Positions 24,115-34,179 of a stretch of 64,000 nt of DNA are shown piece after piece. Each line of letters begins with the position of its first letter. Position 1 is the first letter of the stretch. Source of the DNA: Macrostomum lignano (taxonomy: Eukaryota); assembly GCA_002269645.1 (NCBI GenBank), contig NIVC01001992.1, positions 151,217-215,216 of the forward strand, given 5' to 3'. Below the pieces are notes generated by a model that worked only from the letters and a program-made list of their open reading frames with translations, had not been told where the DNA came from and did no database searches. Made by a program: the position numbers and the translations under genes.

Positions 24115-25170
24115 ACATGACGCTTCTATGATTTTTACCTGACGCTTCTATGATTTTTACCTGAGGCTTCTATGATTTTATCATGACGCTTCTATGATTT
24201 TTTACATGACGCTTCTATGATTTTTACCTGACGCTTCTATGATTTCTTACATGACGCTTCTATGATTTTTACCTGAGGCTTCTATGATTTTATCATGACG
24301 CTTCTATGATTTTTACCTGACGCTTCTATGATTTTTACCTGACGCTTCTATGATTTCTTACATGACGCTTCTATGATTTTTACCTGACGCTTCTATGATT
24401 TTTACCTGACGCTTCTATGATTTTTACCTGACGCTTCTATGATTTTTACCTGACGCTTCTATGATTTTTACCTGAGGCTTCTATGATTTTATCATGACGC
24501 TTCTATGATTTTTACATGACGCAACTATGATTTTTACATGACGCTTCTATGATTTCTTACATGACGCTTCTATGATCTTTACATGACGCTTCTATGATTT
24601 CTTACATGACGCTTCTATGATTTTTACATGACGCTTCTATGATTTCTTACATGACGCTTCTATGATCTTTACATGACGCTTCTATGATTTTTACATGATG
24701 CTACTATGATTTTTTCATGACGCTTTATGATTTTTACATGACGCTTATTTGATTTTATCATGACGCTTCTATGATTTTTACATGACGCTTCTATGATTTC
24801 TTACATGACGCTTCTATGATCTTTACATGACGCTTCTATGATTTTTTACATGACGCTTCTATGATTTTTACATGACGCTTATTTGATTTTTACCTGAGGC
24901 TTATATGATTTTTACATGACGCAACTATGATTTTTACATGACGCTTCTATGATTTTTACATGACGCTTCTATGATTTCTTATATGACGCTTCTATGATCT
25001 TTACATGACGCTTCTATGATTTTTTACATGACACTTCTATGATTGTTTACATGACGCTTCTATGATTTTTACATGACGCTTCTATGATTTTTACATGACG
25101 CTTCTATGATTTTATATATGACGCTTCCATGATTGTTGACATGACGCTTCTATGATCGTTTACATGACGC
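24115..25170. repeat. ~22-bp minisatellite (TTTTACATGACGCTTCTATGAT)
   Basis: Tandem array, preceded by degenerate copies from ~23700. Confidence 0.95.
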
Positions 25171-25489
25171 TTCTTTCTTTTTTCGCTTTTATTAGTTATG
25201 TTTTGATATTAGAATACACATACAGGCGCAGTCCCAGGGCTTTTTGCCGAATTTTGCGGACACGTTTGTGGACAAGTCTGGCTTGAGTTTATGGTTTGAC
25301 AGCCACTTTGACTTGTTATTTTCTTCTACCGAAAACCGATTAAAGGCTTTCAAACCCTTCGATAAAAGGTGCCATAAAAATTTATGCGAATACTACATCT
25401 ATATTTACTTGTATAGCTAAAGCAACTAGAACGTCAGAAGCTTCCCCTCACCATTCCCCTCTGAGGGATCATATAAACAAGTGCATCTT

Positions 25490-27420
25490 ATCAGGGATAA
25501 GGAATTAGAAATCGTGGATTCGGATTCCAACATGAGGAATCAGGGATATGGAATTAGAAATCGTGGATTCGGATTCCAAAGTGAGGAATCAGGGATAGGG
25601 AATTAAGAATTGGGGATTCGGATTCCAACATTAGGAATCAGGGATAGGGAATTAGTGGAATGGGCGTGTAACCTCGTGGCTAAGCTACTGGTTTTCTTGC
25701 TAAGGATTCTTACTAGTGGATTTTACTTCCTACTGGTTGAGACTTTTTGGTAGTTCGCTGCCACCAGGTTCCTGCTGTTCCCTAATTCTAGCTTTAGGTT
25801 TAAAAAACTGAGTCAGGACACCAATTTAGATTTAGTTAACACAAAAGTTTAATAATAAAAAAAACGGAAATGGTTATTTGATTGTACAAAAGTTTGTCTT
25901 TTCATTAGTTCCTATATTAAGTTTTCCTGTTGTGCGTTGGGCAAGACTCCCAGTTTATAGATTTAGAGGCAAGACTCCTCTGTGCAAGCCTAAATTATAT
26001 TTCTTTTATTTATTTCCCCTTCTTACCGCTTCCTTGTGAATTTTCCAAGTTCGAGGATAGGAGAAGACACTCCAACACTTTCTTTCCCAAGAGCTAACTA
26101 ACTAACTAACTAAATAAGTGCTCCGGCGCCTCAGCCATTGAAATAGGCTCTTACGCCACTAGACATAAATAAGTTTCCTACTAGGGAGTGTACTAATGTA
26201 CACTAAAAGCCAGGTTAGACTATAGAGGACTGTACAGGGCTGTATCAAAAAAACCAAACCTCCCCGGGGGACAGTGACAGCGGAACGACATACCAGTCAG
26301 GAAGCCCGTGCCCAAAAACCAGGTTAGATAGACCCAAGCCTATTAGGGATGGCCCGAAGGCCTAGAGCCGTGGCTACCATGCTGGGGCCGACCGCCCACC
26401 ACCCCCGGGTACAAATCATAAACCTCCCCGAGGCTAGAGGGAGAAGAGTGAACCATTCAGGGGAGCCCGTGCCTTCTCCTGGGTTAGATAGGCCAAAACA
26501 CCGGTCATAAGACCGCCCCCACGGCCGTGGCAACCCGAAGGAGCCTCCCCCCCCAACTAAACCCCGGGTACTCTTGCCAACAGACAGTCTCTTATCTTTG
26601 AAGCGGCAGGAGGGCTAATCGCCGGGACTATTTCACCCTTTGCTTCGCCAACCCGCCATTTCTATTATGACCGTGCCAACGGTCTCGTCCTGCTCAGACT
26701 CAGTCCTGGTTCTGGCACACTCCAGCTTTAATAGGGTCGCTGGCTGTACGCTCAGAGGGCGCCTGAGGGATACAGTCAGAGCACCTTGGTACAGGTATAG
26801 GCCTGCCTTCCTATACAGCTACCCACAGCCCCACCCGATCCACTATTACCCTCCAACCCAGCCTACTCACTCATTACAAGCTTTCAGCCAGGCAGAGACA
26901 AGTTTCACAGAAGTGACTGCGGTTAGGCGTCTCTATGCGAGACAAAACCAACACTTTCTTTCCCAAGAGCCCAACTGCTCTGTAGTTCTAAAGAAACCCC
27001 AATTTTATCTACTCACCCCCGCTCTAATTATTTCCCCGGGTTGAAACTACTGATAGTAGGGTAAAAGCATATTTGGACCCACAAAATTTCCCGTTCCTAA
27101 AATAATGCCCTACTACATTAGGAATTGGGGATTCGGATTCCAACATTAGGAATCAGGGATAGGGAATTAGGAATCGGGGATTGAGATTAAAAAATGAGCT
27201 TCTCACGGTTCTATGATAGCTGGCAGTCAAAACATTTAGAAAAAGGTGCCATAAGCTCCTCTCTGCCTTATGAATTATGATAGCCGACCCAATCTTTCAA
27301 GTTTCTCGCAAAAGGTGCCATATGCCCTATCAGGGAAAGGGAATCAAGAATCTTGGATTCGGATTCCAAACATGATCGAGGAATCAGGGATAGGGAATTA
27401 AGAATCGGGGTTTGAGATTA
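25490..27420. repeat. ~51-bp tandem repeat (GGAATTAGAAATCGTGGATTCGGATTCCAAC...GAATCAGGGATA) interrupted by an insertion at 25656-27117
   Basis: The same unit lies at 25490-25655 and resumes at 27118-27420. Confidence 0.8.
25656..27117 (-). mobile_element. Probable solo LTR (~1.46 kb)
   Basis: TG...CA termini (tggaatggg ... ctactaca) flanked by 4-bp TSD TTAG (25652-25655, 27118-27121); it splits a tandem array. On minus: TATA-like ctataaa ~25958 then ATTAAA ~25850. No long ORF. Confidence 0.65.
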
Positions 27421-27696
27421 AAAATGAGCTTTTCTCGGTTCTATGATTTCTGGCAGTCTTTCAAACATTAGACATTCAAACATCAAACATCAAATATTCT
27501 TTCAAACATTATTGCAATCGTTACTCTCTGAGTAAGGGGTGTTAGACGCGCCGGAGGGTGCCGCTGTACATATCGCTGTACTTTGGCGGGGGGTTGAGGT
27601 GTGGGGGTGTTGGCCGCGCCGGCCAGCTTAAAGCCTCTGCACCCGGCCCGGCTTGGCTCCGCCGCCATTTCTCAATTTTTTTGCTCAGCCGCCGTC

Positions 27697-28116
27697 ATGA
27701 GTGGCAGCCCAAAGCGACTAAACGTGCGCCAACTCAAGGCTGAGCTGCGAAACAGAGGCCTGCCTACTACGGGCCGCAAACAACAGCTTGCCAAGCGCTT
27801 GTCTACTGCACTCGGTTTAGAGCAACCTGACGAAGACTTCAACAACTCCGAGATGACTTCTGCTCCGGACGCCGAAGACGGCATCGGCAGCGCGGGCGAG
27901 GCGCCTCCGGGGGCGGGGAGCGACCGGCTGGCTGCGCTGCGGCAGGAGGTAGAGCTGCTCGAACTGAAAGTCCTGGTAGGCCGTCGTCGTGATCTTCAGC
28001 AACGGCTTCACACTCAGCAGCGCTTGACGGCTCAGCCCCAGCCAGCATCATCATCAGGTGAGCATATAACGCACATGCCAGTCTGCAGTTGCCCGAGGTT
28101 TTTGAATCTGGGATGA
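27697..28116 (+). CDS. Retrotransposon ORF1a: SAP-domain protein
   Basis: RLNVRQLKAELRNRGLPTTGRKQQLAKRL fits the SAP consensus L.V..LK.EL..RGL...G.K..L..RL; followed by a coiled-coil-like stretch. ATG at 27697 is 15 nt after repeat A1. Confidence 0.75.
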   Translation: MSGSPKRLNVRQLKAELRNRGLPTTGRKQQLAKRLSTALGLEQPDEDFNNSEMTSAPDAEDGIGSAGEAPPGAGSDRLAALRQEVELLELKVLVGRRRDLQQRLHTQQRLTAQPQPASSSGEHITHMPVCSCPRFLNLG

Positions 28117-28814
28117 GGGAGGCGGCTCAGCTTCAGGCCGCTAATTGCCAGGCTCCGACTCGCAAGTTGCATCTCGTCAGAGACCACATCAAGCTAGCCA
28201 GAGGACCCGGCTCAGCCAGTCAGGAGCAGTTGGTCGCCACTATGGAGAATGGCTCGCTCACATTCAGAAAGCAGGAGCCGAAGCTGTCTAGTATCTCTGC
28301 TGGTCAGTGGATCGCGGCCAACTCGATCATCTTGCAAAAGCTGATCAAGGAAAAACTCCCGGCGGCTGCTGGAAGCACTGATGGTCTCCTGACTGACGTC
28401 CTTGGCTACCTTGACTACAATCGCAAGATTGGAGAGCTGCTGGCTGCTGACTACCCGGAATCCGTAATCTGGGAGTTTGACGAGGACTACCGGAGGCTGG
28501 TGGCGGAGTCGGGCATGGCGTGGGGTGAGGAGCCCCCTCAGTTGTACCACAAGCACCTCAACGCCCCCAGAAACCTGCGGTTCACGTTCGCTAAGCAGAC
28601 CAGCCAGCAGCAAATCCCGGCAGCAACCAGGCCGATCTGTCTGCGCTTCAACTCCGAGTCCGGGTGCACCCGCCAGAACTGCAAGTTCCGCCATGTCTGC
28701 AAAATCCAAGGCTGCCTGGCAGCGCATCCGGCTCACGCTCACACGCAGTCACCGCAGTCATTACTCACCGGACAGCTGCCGGGTCACGTGACCGGTGCGA
28801 GTGCAAAAAACTGA
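28113..28814 (+). CDS. Retrotransposon ORF1b: gag-like protein with C-terminal Cys/His finger
   Basis: ICLRFNSESGCTRQNCKFRHVCKIQGCLAAHPAHAH is typical of DIRS/Ngaro gag; its ATG overlaps the ORF1a stop (ATGA). Confidence 0.75.
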   Translation: MREAAQLQAANCQAPTRKLHLVRDHIKLARGPGSASQEQLVATMENGSLTFRKQEPKLSSISAGQWIAANSIILQKLIKEKLPAAAGSTDGLLTDVLGYLDYNRKIGELLAADYPESVIWEFDEDYRRLVAESGMAWGEEPPQLYHKHLNAPRNLRFTFAKQTSQQQIPAATRPICLRFNSESGCTRQNCKFRHVCKIQGCLAAHPAHAHTQSPQSLLTGQLPGHVTGASAKN

Positions 28815-30673
28815 TGCCATTTTATCCAGCTGACTGCTCTGCTTTTAATTCCGATTTTTCTGCTTTTACTTCTTCGCTGCCCATCTCGTCTGACCTGCAA
28901 CCTGACGCCTGGAGTGCTCTGCTCAGCGACGACTCAGACCGCGACTTCCTGATGCAAGGCGTTGTCAACGGTTTCGCTCTCACCGATGCTGGCCAGCCAC
29001 CTTTGACTTCGTCCAAGAACCACGCCTCCGCCCTGCTGCACCGCTCTGCTGTGGAAGCCCAGGTCGAGAAGGAGCTGCGCCTTGGGAGGTACATCCGGTG
29101 GAGCGGCCCGATCAAAATCAACCCCATCGGTGCCCTTCCCAAGTCCAACGGGCGGGTCCGCCTGATCCATGACCTGTCCTATCCGACCGGCCAGTCTGTC
29201 AACGACTGCTACGACCAACAGAAGCACATCAAGTACTGCACTGTCCAGCAGCTTGTTCGTCATCTCCATCCGGGATACTACATGGCCAAAATTGATCTCA
29301 AAAGCGCCTACAGGTCCGTGCCAATCAGGCCTGCTGACTACGGGCTCGTCGGCCTCGCCTGGCGGTTTGACTCAGACAGCCAGGACAGTCTGCTCTGCGA
29401 CACCAGGCTTCCATTCGGCGCCAAAGCTGCTTGCGAAGTTTTTCACCGTCTTTCAGCCGCCGTTACCCGGCACATGCACCGGCTTGGCTTTTCTGCTACG
29501 GTGAACTACCTGGATGACTGGGCAGTCGCTGGGAAATCCGAGTCCGAAGCTTTCGCTGCTTTCAGTTGCCTGCTGGACATCTTGCAGCGCCTCGGCTTTG
29601 CCATCAACTGGGACAAGGTTGTCAGGCCTACGCAATGCATCGACTTCCTTGGCGTGCGCATCAACACCGCTACCGGCACCAAGTCGCTGCCCGAGGAGAA
29701 AGCTCTCGAGACGACAAAGCTGCTGACTCAAACCTGCTCGGAGACTCGGGTGCACATGCGCTCTGCTCAGAAGCTGATTGGCAAGCTTGGCTGGTTCTGT
29801 CAGATTGTCCCTCATCTCAGAGTCTTCCTGCGTCCGCTCTTCGACTGGCTGACAACTGCTGTTGACTGCAAGCTTTGGGTGACCGATGAGACCCGCGCCA
29901 ACCTGTCCTGGTGGCTCAGAGCCCTGGCTTGGCTCCCCCCGGTGTCTTTGTGGCCGCGCTTTGATGTGGAGTTTGCCATGGAGACTGACAGCAGCCGGTC
30001 GGGAGCAGCCGCAGTCATCTGGGGTGCCGAGAGTTTCTGGAGTGTCATCGACTGGGAGCTGGACTGCGGTGGTGTGTTCAAGGATGTGTGTTCAAGAGCC
30101 TTCAAGGAGGCTCTGGCACCTTTGCTGATCATCCTGCACCGTCGCTCTCAGCTAAAGAACTGCAAGATTGTCATCTACACCGACAGCACCGCTGCGGCTG
30201 GCATGATCAATCGGCTGAGCTGTCGTGACCCGCGGTTCCTGCAGGTGTACCAGACTGTGGCTCTGCTGTGCATCAGGAACAGCATCAGTTTGGAGGCCTT
30301 TCACCTTCCTGGTCGCATGCAGATTTTTGCTGATGCCGCCTCCCGCATGTTTGCCTCGCAGTCTGAGCTCATTAACTTTTGTTGCCGCTACTACCGTACG
30401 CTCGGGATCTGCCCGCTTGAGTTCGCGTCGCACGCGCTCTCTGCCGCTTCCCAATCTCGCTTCCTTTTGCAGGTCGCCCTCGCCCTCCGGAGACGCCGCC
30501 CGCCCCCCGCGCTGTGTCTGCCGGACACCTGTACCGCCTCTGCCTGGCGGAGAACTCCTGGCGATCCTACCTCAGCCAGCTGCGCTCCTGGGAAGCCTTC
30601 TGTGTTAGCGCAGGCCGCCCTTCATCTCCAGCTGACGGTGACCTGCTCTGCCGCTACATTGCGCACCTGGTGA
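28814..30673 (+). CDS. Retrotransposon reverse transcriptase-RNase H
   Basis: NPIGALPK..GRVRLIHDLS, KIDLKSAYR, LPFG, NYLDDW, FLGVRINT; RNase H TDSS / KEALA / YTDST / HLPG...ADAASR; uninterrupted frame. Confidence 0.92.
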   Translation: MPFYPADCSAFNSDFSAFTSSLPISSDLQPDAWSALLSDDSDRDFLMQGVVNGFALTDAGQPPLTSSKNHASALLHRSAVEAQVEKELRLGRYIRWSGPIKINPIGALPKSNGRVRLIHDLSYPTGQSVNDCYDQQKHIKYCTVQQLVRHLHPGYYMAKIDLKSAYRSVPIRPADYGLVGLAWRFDSDSQDSLLCDTRLPFGAKAACEVFHRLSAAVTRHMHRLGFSATVNYLDDWAVAGKSESEAFAAFSCLLDILQRLGFAINWDKVVRPTQCIDFLGVRINTATGTKSLPEEKALETTKLLTQTCSETRVHMRSAQKLIGKLGWFCQIVPHLRVFLRPLFDWLTTAVDCKLWVTDETRANLSWWLRALAWLPPVSLWPRFDVEFAMETDSSRSGAAAVIWGAESFWSVIDWELDCGGVFKDVCSRAFKEALAPLLIILHRRSQLKNCKIVIYTDSTAAAGMINRLSCRDPRFLQVYQTVALLCIRNSISLEAFHLPGRMQIFADAASRMFASQSELINFCCRYYRTLGICPLEFASHALSAASQSRFLLQVALALRRRRPPPALCLPDTCTASAWRRTPGDPTSASCAPGKPSVLAQAALHLQLTVTCSAATLRTW

Positions 30674-31047
30674 GCACCCGGCTCCGGTCTTTCTCTAGCC
30701 TGCCTAGCCTCCGGTCTCACCTGCACCTGTCACCAACCAGCGACCCAAGGGCGCCACTCTTTGGCTACGGCCTCAGAGGCGAGCTCTCAGCCAGCCAGTT
30801 CATCAGCTGTCTTCGTGCGTGTCTGGCTGCGTGCGGCCTCCCAGCTGCTGGTTTCTCCGGCCACAGCATCCGACGTGGGGGTGCCAGTTTCTGCCATCAA
30901 ATCGGCTTGTCAGATACGGACGTTCGGGCTCTTGGGGGCTGGAGATCGGACGCTGTTCTCCGCTACTTTTCTGCCAGCTCTGCCCTGTCGCGCCGCCAGC
31001 GCTCTGCTTCTTTCATGGCTTCGCAGCTGCAGGCTGCGTCCACCTGA
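30473..31047 (+). CDS. Tyrosine recombinase, internally deleted; lacks a usable ATG
   Basis: N-terminal LAENSWRSY...FC...LCRYIAHL segment and C-terminal catalytic boxes GHSIRRGGA, LGGWRS and LRY. The first Arg box is absent. Frame opens at 30421 after a TGA. Confidence 0.85.
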
Positions 31048-32097
31048 CTGCCTTCCCGCTTTTACTCCTTCCCTTCCCCATCATTGGGGTTGGGATCCGC
31101 TTTCTCGGCCGCTGCCTGCTTTTCGCAACTGACTTTGTCTCGTTTGGCTCCTTCCGGCGTGTTTAATGCAATCGTTACTCTCTGAGTAAGGGGTGTTAAA
31201 CGCGCCGGAGGGTGCCGCTGTACATATCGCTGTACTTTGGCGGGGGGTTGAGGTGTGGGGGTGTTGGCCGCGCCGGCCAGCTTAAAGCCTCTGCACCCGG
31301 CCCGGCTTGGCTCCGCCGCCATTTCTCAATTTTTTTATTTCCTTTTTACGAACCAATAAATATTAACTCGTTTAAACTAATAAATAAACGCTTCGCTTGA
31401 TCCACTGGGATCCGCTTTCTCGGCCGCTGCCTGCTTTTCGCAACTGACTTTGTCTCGTTTGGCTCCTTCCGGCGTGTTTAAATATACTACACCTTGTGGG
31501 ATTATACGCAGGTGCGGTTTTAGTTGGGGGGGGGGGTAAAAGCCTATTCAAAGGCTCAATAAACTTCATAATGAAGATTTCCGTCTGCGAAAACTCTGAT
31601 TCCCGCCCTCATGCGCCACATCTCCCCCCCCCCCCTACTCCTGGAGGTTAGGGTGATGAAATATCAGAAGAGTGATGTACTGTAAAGGAGAGGATCGCGA
31701 GATAGGACAATAGGTAGAGATACAGAGAGGGGGGTAGGACGAGAGTAGCATGACTGAATGACCTGGAGGAAGGTGATAAAAAGCGATAAAAGCGATATGG
31801 GCGATTCTGTGTGGCAACACTAACAGTGCATCAAGTGAGTAAAAGATTAAGACAAAGGCATTACACAATTAAGTAGTAAAAGTAAATCATAACTCAATTA
31901 TAATAACAAGGTAGTAACTTTGTATACACTCACAACATCGAAAAGTCGCCATCACAGAAGTCTGTGGTCGTCACTTTTGAAAGTGCAGGTAAAGTTTCTG
32001 AATCTTTGCGAGTGACGCAACTCAGCTACGCCACGCGGCAGACTTGAGTTGAGGAATGAAGTGGGGGAGCGGTGTGCGAGGGTTGAACGGATTAAAG

Positions 32098-32298
32098 CAG
32101 CGGTTCTCAACCTTTTTTCAGGCGACCCCAATTTATTCACTCGCATCATTTTTTAATGTTCGCAACCCCTTTTAAAATCAATATACATGTAATGCATTAT
32201 TATGTATGACAAACTCACACATTTCTTCGTGCTGCGACCCCCAGAAAATGGTCACGCAACCCCACTGGGGGTCGCGACCCATAGTTTGAGAACCACTG
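32098..32298. mobile_element. hAT (Charlie-like) MITE, 201 bp
   Basis: TIRs CAGCGGTTCTCAA / TTGAGAACCACTG; perfect 8-bp TSD GATTAAAG (32090-32097, 32299-32306). Confidence 0.92.
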
Positions 32299-32589
32299 GA
32301 TTAAAGCTACCCCGATTAGTTTATATCATATCTTTTATCTATATTTTTAAAATAGTCCAAGAGATATTACTCACTGGCGCATAGAGTGGTGACTTTTCAA
32401 TGTTGCTGAGTAAAGATATTTAGTAGATCCTGAACTCTCAGCAAATAGTGATCTAGATGGAGTATACCTTATTGAAAAATAATCAATAACAAAACAATCA
32501 ACAATAGCAAGTCCAAAAAAGACACTTTTGATTTTTATAGTGCCAAATAGATATAAATCTGCGCTGATCCCCGAAGCCATGCCTTAAAG

Positions 32590-33525
32590 CCCAAAACAGC
32601 GCGGGAAAGCTCAAATTGGCGCGGGAAAGCTCAAATTGGCGCCCAAAGTCAAATTTGGTGCCAGGATCACCAAATCAGCGCCGGTCGGCGCCAGAATCGC
32701 CGAATCAGCGCCGGAATGCTGAAATCAGCTTTAGAAGACCTTAACCAGCGCTGGAAAGCTCCAATTGGCGCTAGAAAGCTCAAATCGGCGCAGGATAGCT
32801 CAAATTGGCGCGGAAAAGCTCAAATTGGCGCCGGAAGTCAAATTTGGCGCCAGTATCACCAAATAAGCGCCGGTCGGCGCCAGGATAGCCGAATCAGCGC
32901 TGGAATGCTGAAATCAGCGCCAAAAATCCCAGACCAGCGCTGGAAAGCTTAAATTGGCGCGGAAAAGCTCAAATTGGCGCCGGAAGTCAAATTTGGCGCC
33001 AGGATCACCAAATCGGGTCCAGTATCGCCAAATCAGCGCCGGAATGCTGAAATCAGCTTGAGAAGACCTTAACCAGCGTTTGAAAGCTCAAATTGGCGCT
33101 AGAAAGCTTAAATCGGCGCAGGATAGCTCAAATTGGCGCGGGAAGGCTCAAATTGGCGCCGGAAGTCAAATTTGGCGCCAGGATCACCAAATCGGCGCCA
33201 GGATCGCCAAAACAGCGCCGGAATGCTGAAATCAGCGCCAAAAAGCCCGGACCAGCGCTGGAAAGCTCAAATTGGCGCGGGAAAGCTCAAATTGGCGCTG
33301 CAAGTCAAATTTGGCGCCAGGATCACCAAATCGGCGCCAGGATCGCCAAATTAGCGCCGGAATGCTGAAATCAGCGCCAAAAAGCCCGGACCAGCGCTGG
33401 AAAGCTCAAATCGGCGCGGGAAAGCTCAAATTGGCGCAGGATAGCTCAAATTGGCGCCGAAAGTCAAATTTGGCGCCAGGATCACTAAATCGGCGCCAGG
33501 GTCCCTAAATCAGCGCTGGAATGTG
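32590..33525. repeat. Complex satellite, ~139-bp unit built from AAAGCTCAAATTGGCGC sub-repeats
   Basis: atgctgaaatcagc recurs at 139-bp spacing (33222, 33361). Confidence 0.85.
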
Positions 33526-33782
33526 CCAACGGGCGTAGAAGTGACAGCATTTATCAGCTTGCTACTTCTGGGCGCAAAGTTTAATGTACCAGCGCCAATT
33601 TCAGCCTTTGGGCGCCCATTTTAGCGCCCTTGCAAGGTCAATGCATTCAGTTCTCACGCAATGGAGCCAAAAAAAAGTTTTTTTATCTTTTTTGAATTAG
33701 TGCCATGTATCTTGACAACCAATGCGAGTCAAGTTCCGGCGTCTGCTTCTCCACAGCCCCGCAATGGCATATCCTAACCATT

Positions 33783-33880
33783 GTGGGCTGGCCCGCGCTA
33801 AGGGAGCCCACCCCACCGTGGGGCGGACCCCGCTAACGGGCTATTTTTAGCGTGGGATGGGCTCCACTAACGGGCGGCCA
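33783..33880. repeat. ~95-bp palindromic dispersed element, copy 2 (inverted relative to 20640-20736)
   Basis: Its reverse complement aligns to copy 1 (ggagcccatcccacgctaaaaatagcccgtta...ggctcccttagcg). Confidence 0.75.
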
Positions 33881-34179
33881 TAAACTGAAACAGCCCAGCC
33901 ACCCCCTACAAAAGCCGCCACCCCGCGATCATCCACGCGTCCCAGACTATGGGAACGCGCGCCACCCTCCTGACAGGCGATGCGGGAGCGATGAAGAGGC
34001 ACTGGGCTGACACTTCCAGTCTCTGCCGGCGCATGGAGTTATAGATAATAGCATCTGGATTGGAAAGCGAAAGGATGTCTTTTTAGAAAAGTTTACTTAC
34101 TAGTGATTTCACAACTTTATAGTTCTTCATAAAGTAAAAAGAGAGTTCACTTCATTTGTGACAGTTCTACGAGCGTAGA

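Larger units (their letters stand above)
27513..31481 (+). mobile_element. Tyrosine-recombinase (DIRS-order) retrotransposon with Ngaro/PAT-type split direct repeats
   Basis: A1 27513-27682, B1 31091-31166 abutting A2 31167-31336, B2 31406-31481. A copies differ at 1 of 170 nt; B copies identical. Encloses gag-like, RT-RNase H and YR ORFs; AATAAA signals between A2 and B2. Confidence 0.95.

Noticed and set aside
28095-28105. GGTTTTTG as a -1 slippery site joining ORF1a to ORF1b
   Set aside because: The G_GUU_UUU pattern is in the wrong frame; the ATGA overlap explains the junction better.
20640-33880. Inverted pair as TIRs of a 13-kb DNA transposon
   Set aside because: Similarity stops at ~95 bp, each copy is self-palindromic, and no TSD or transposase was found.
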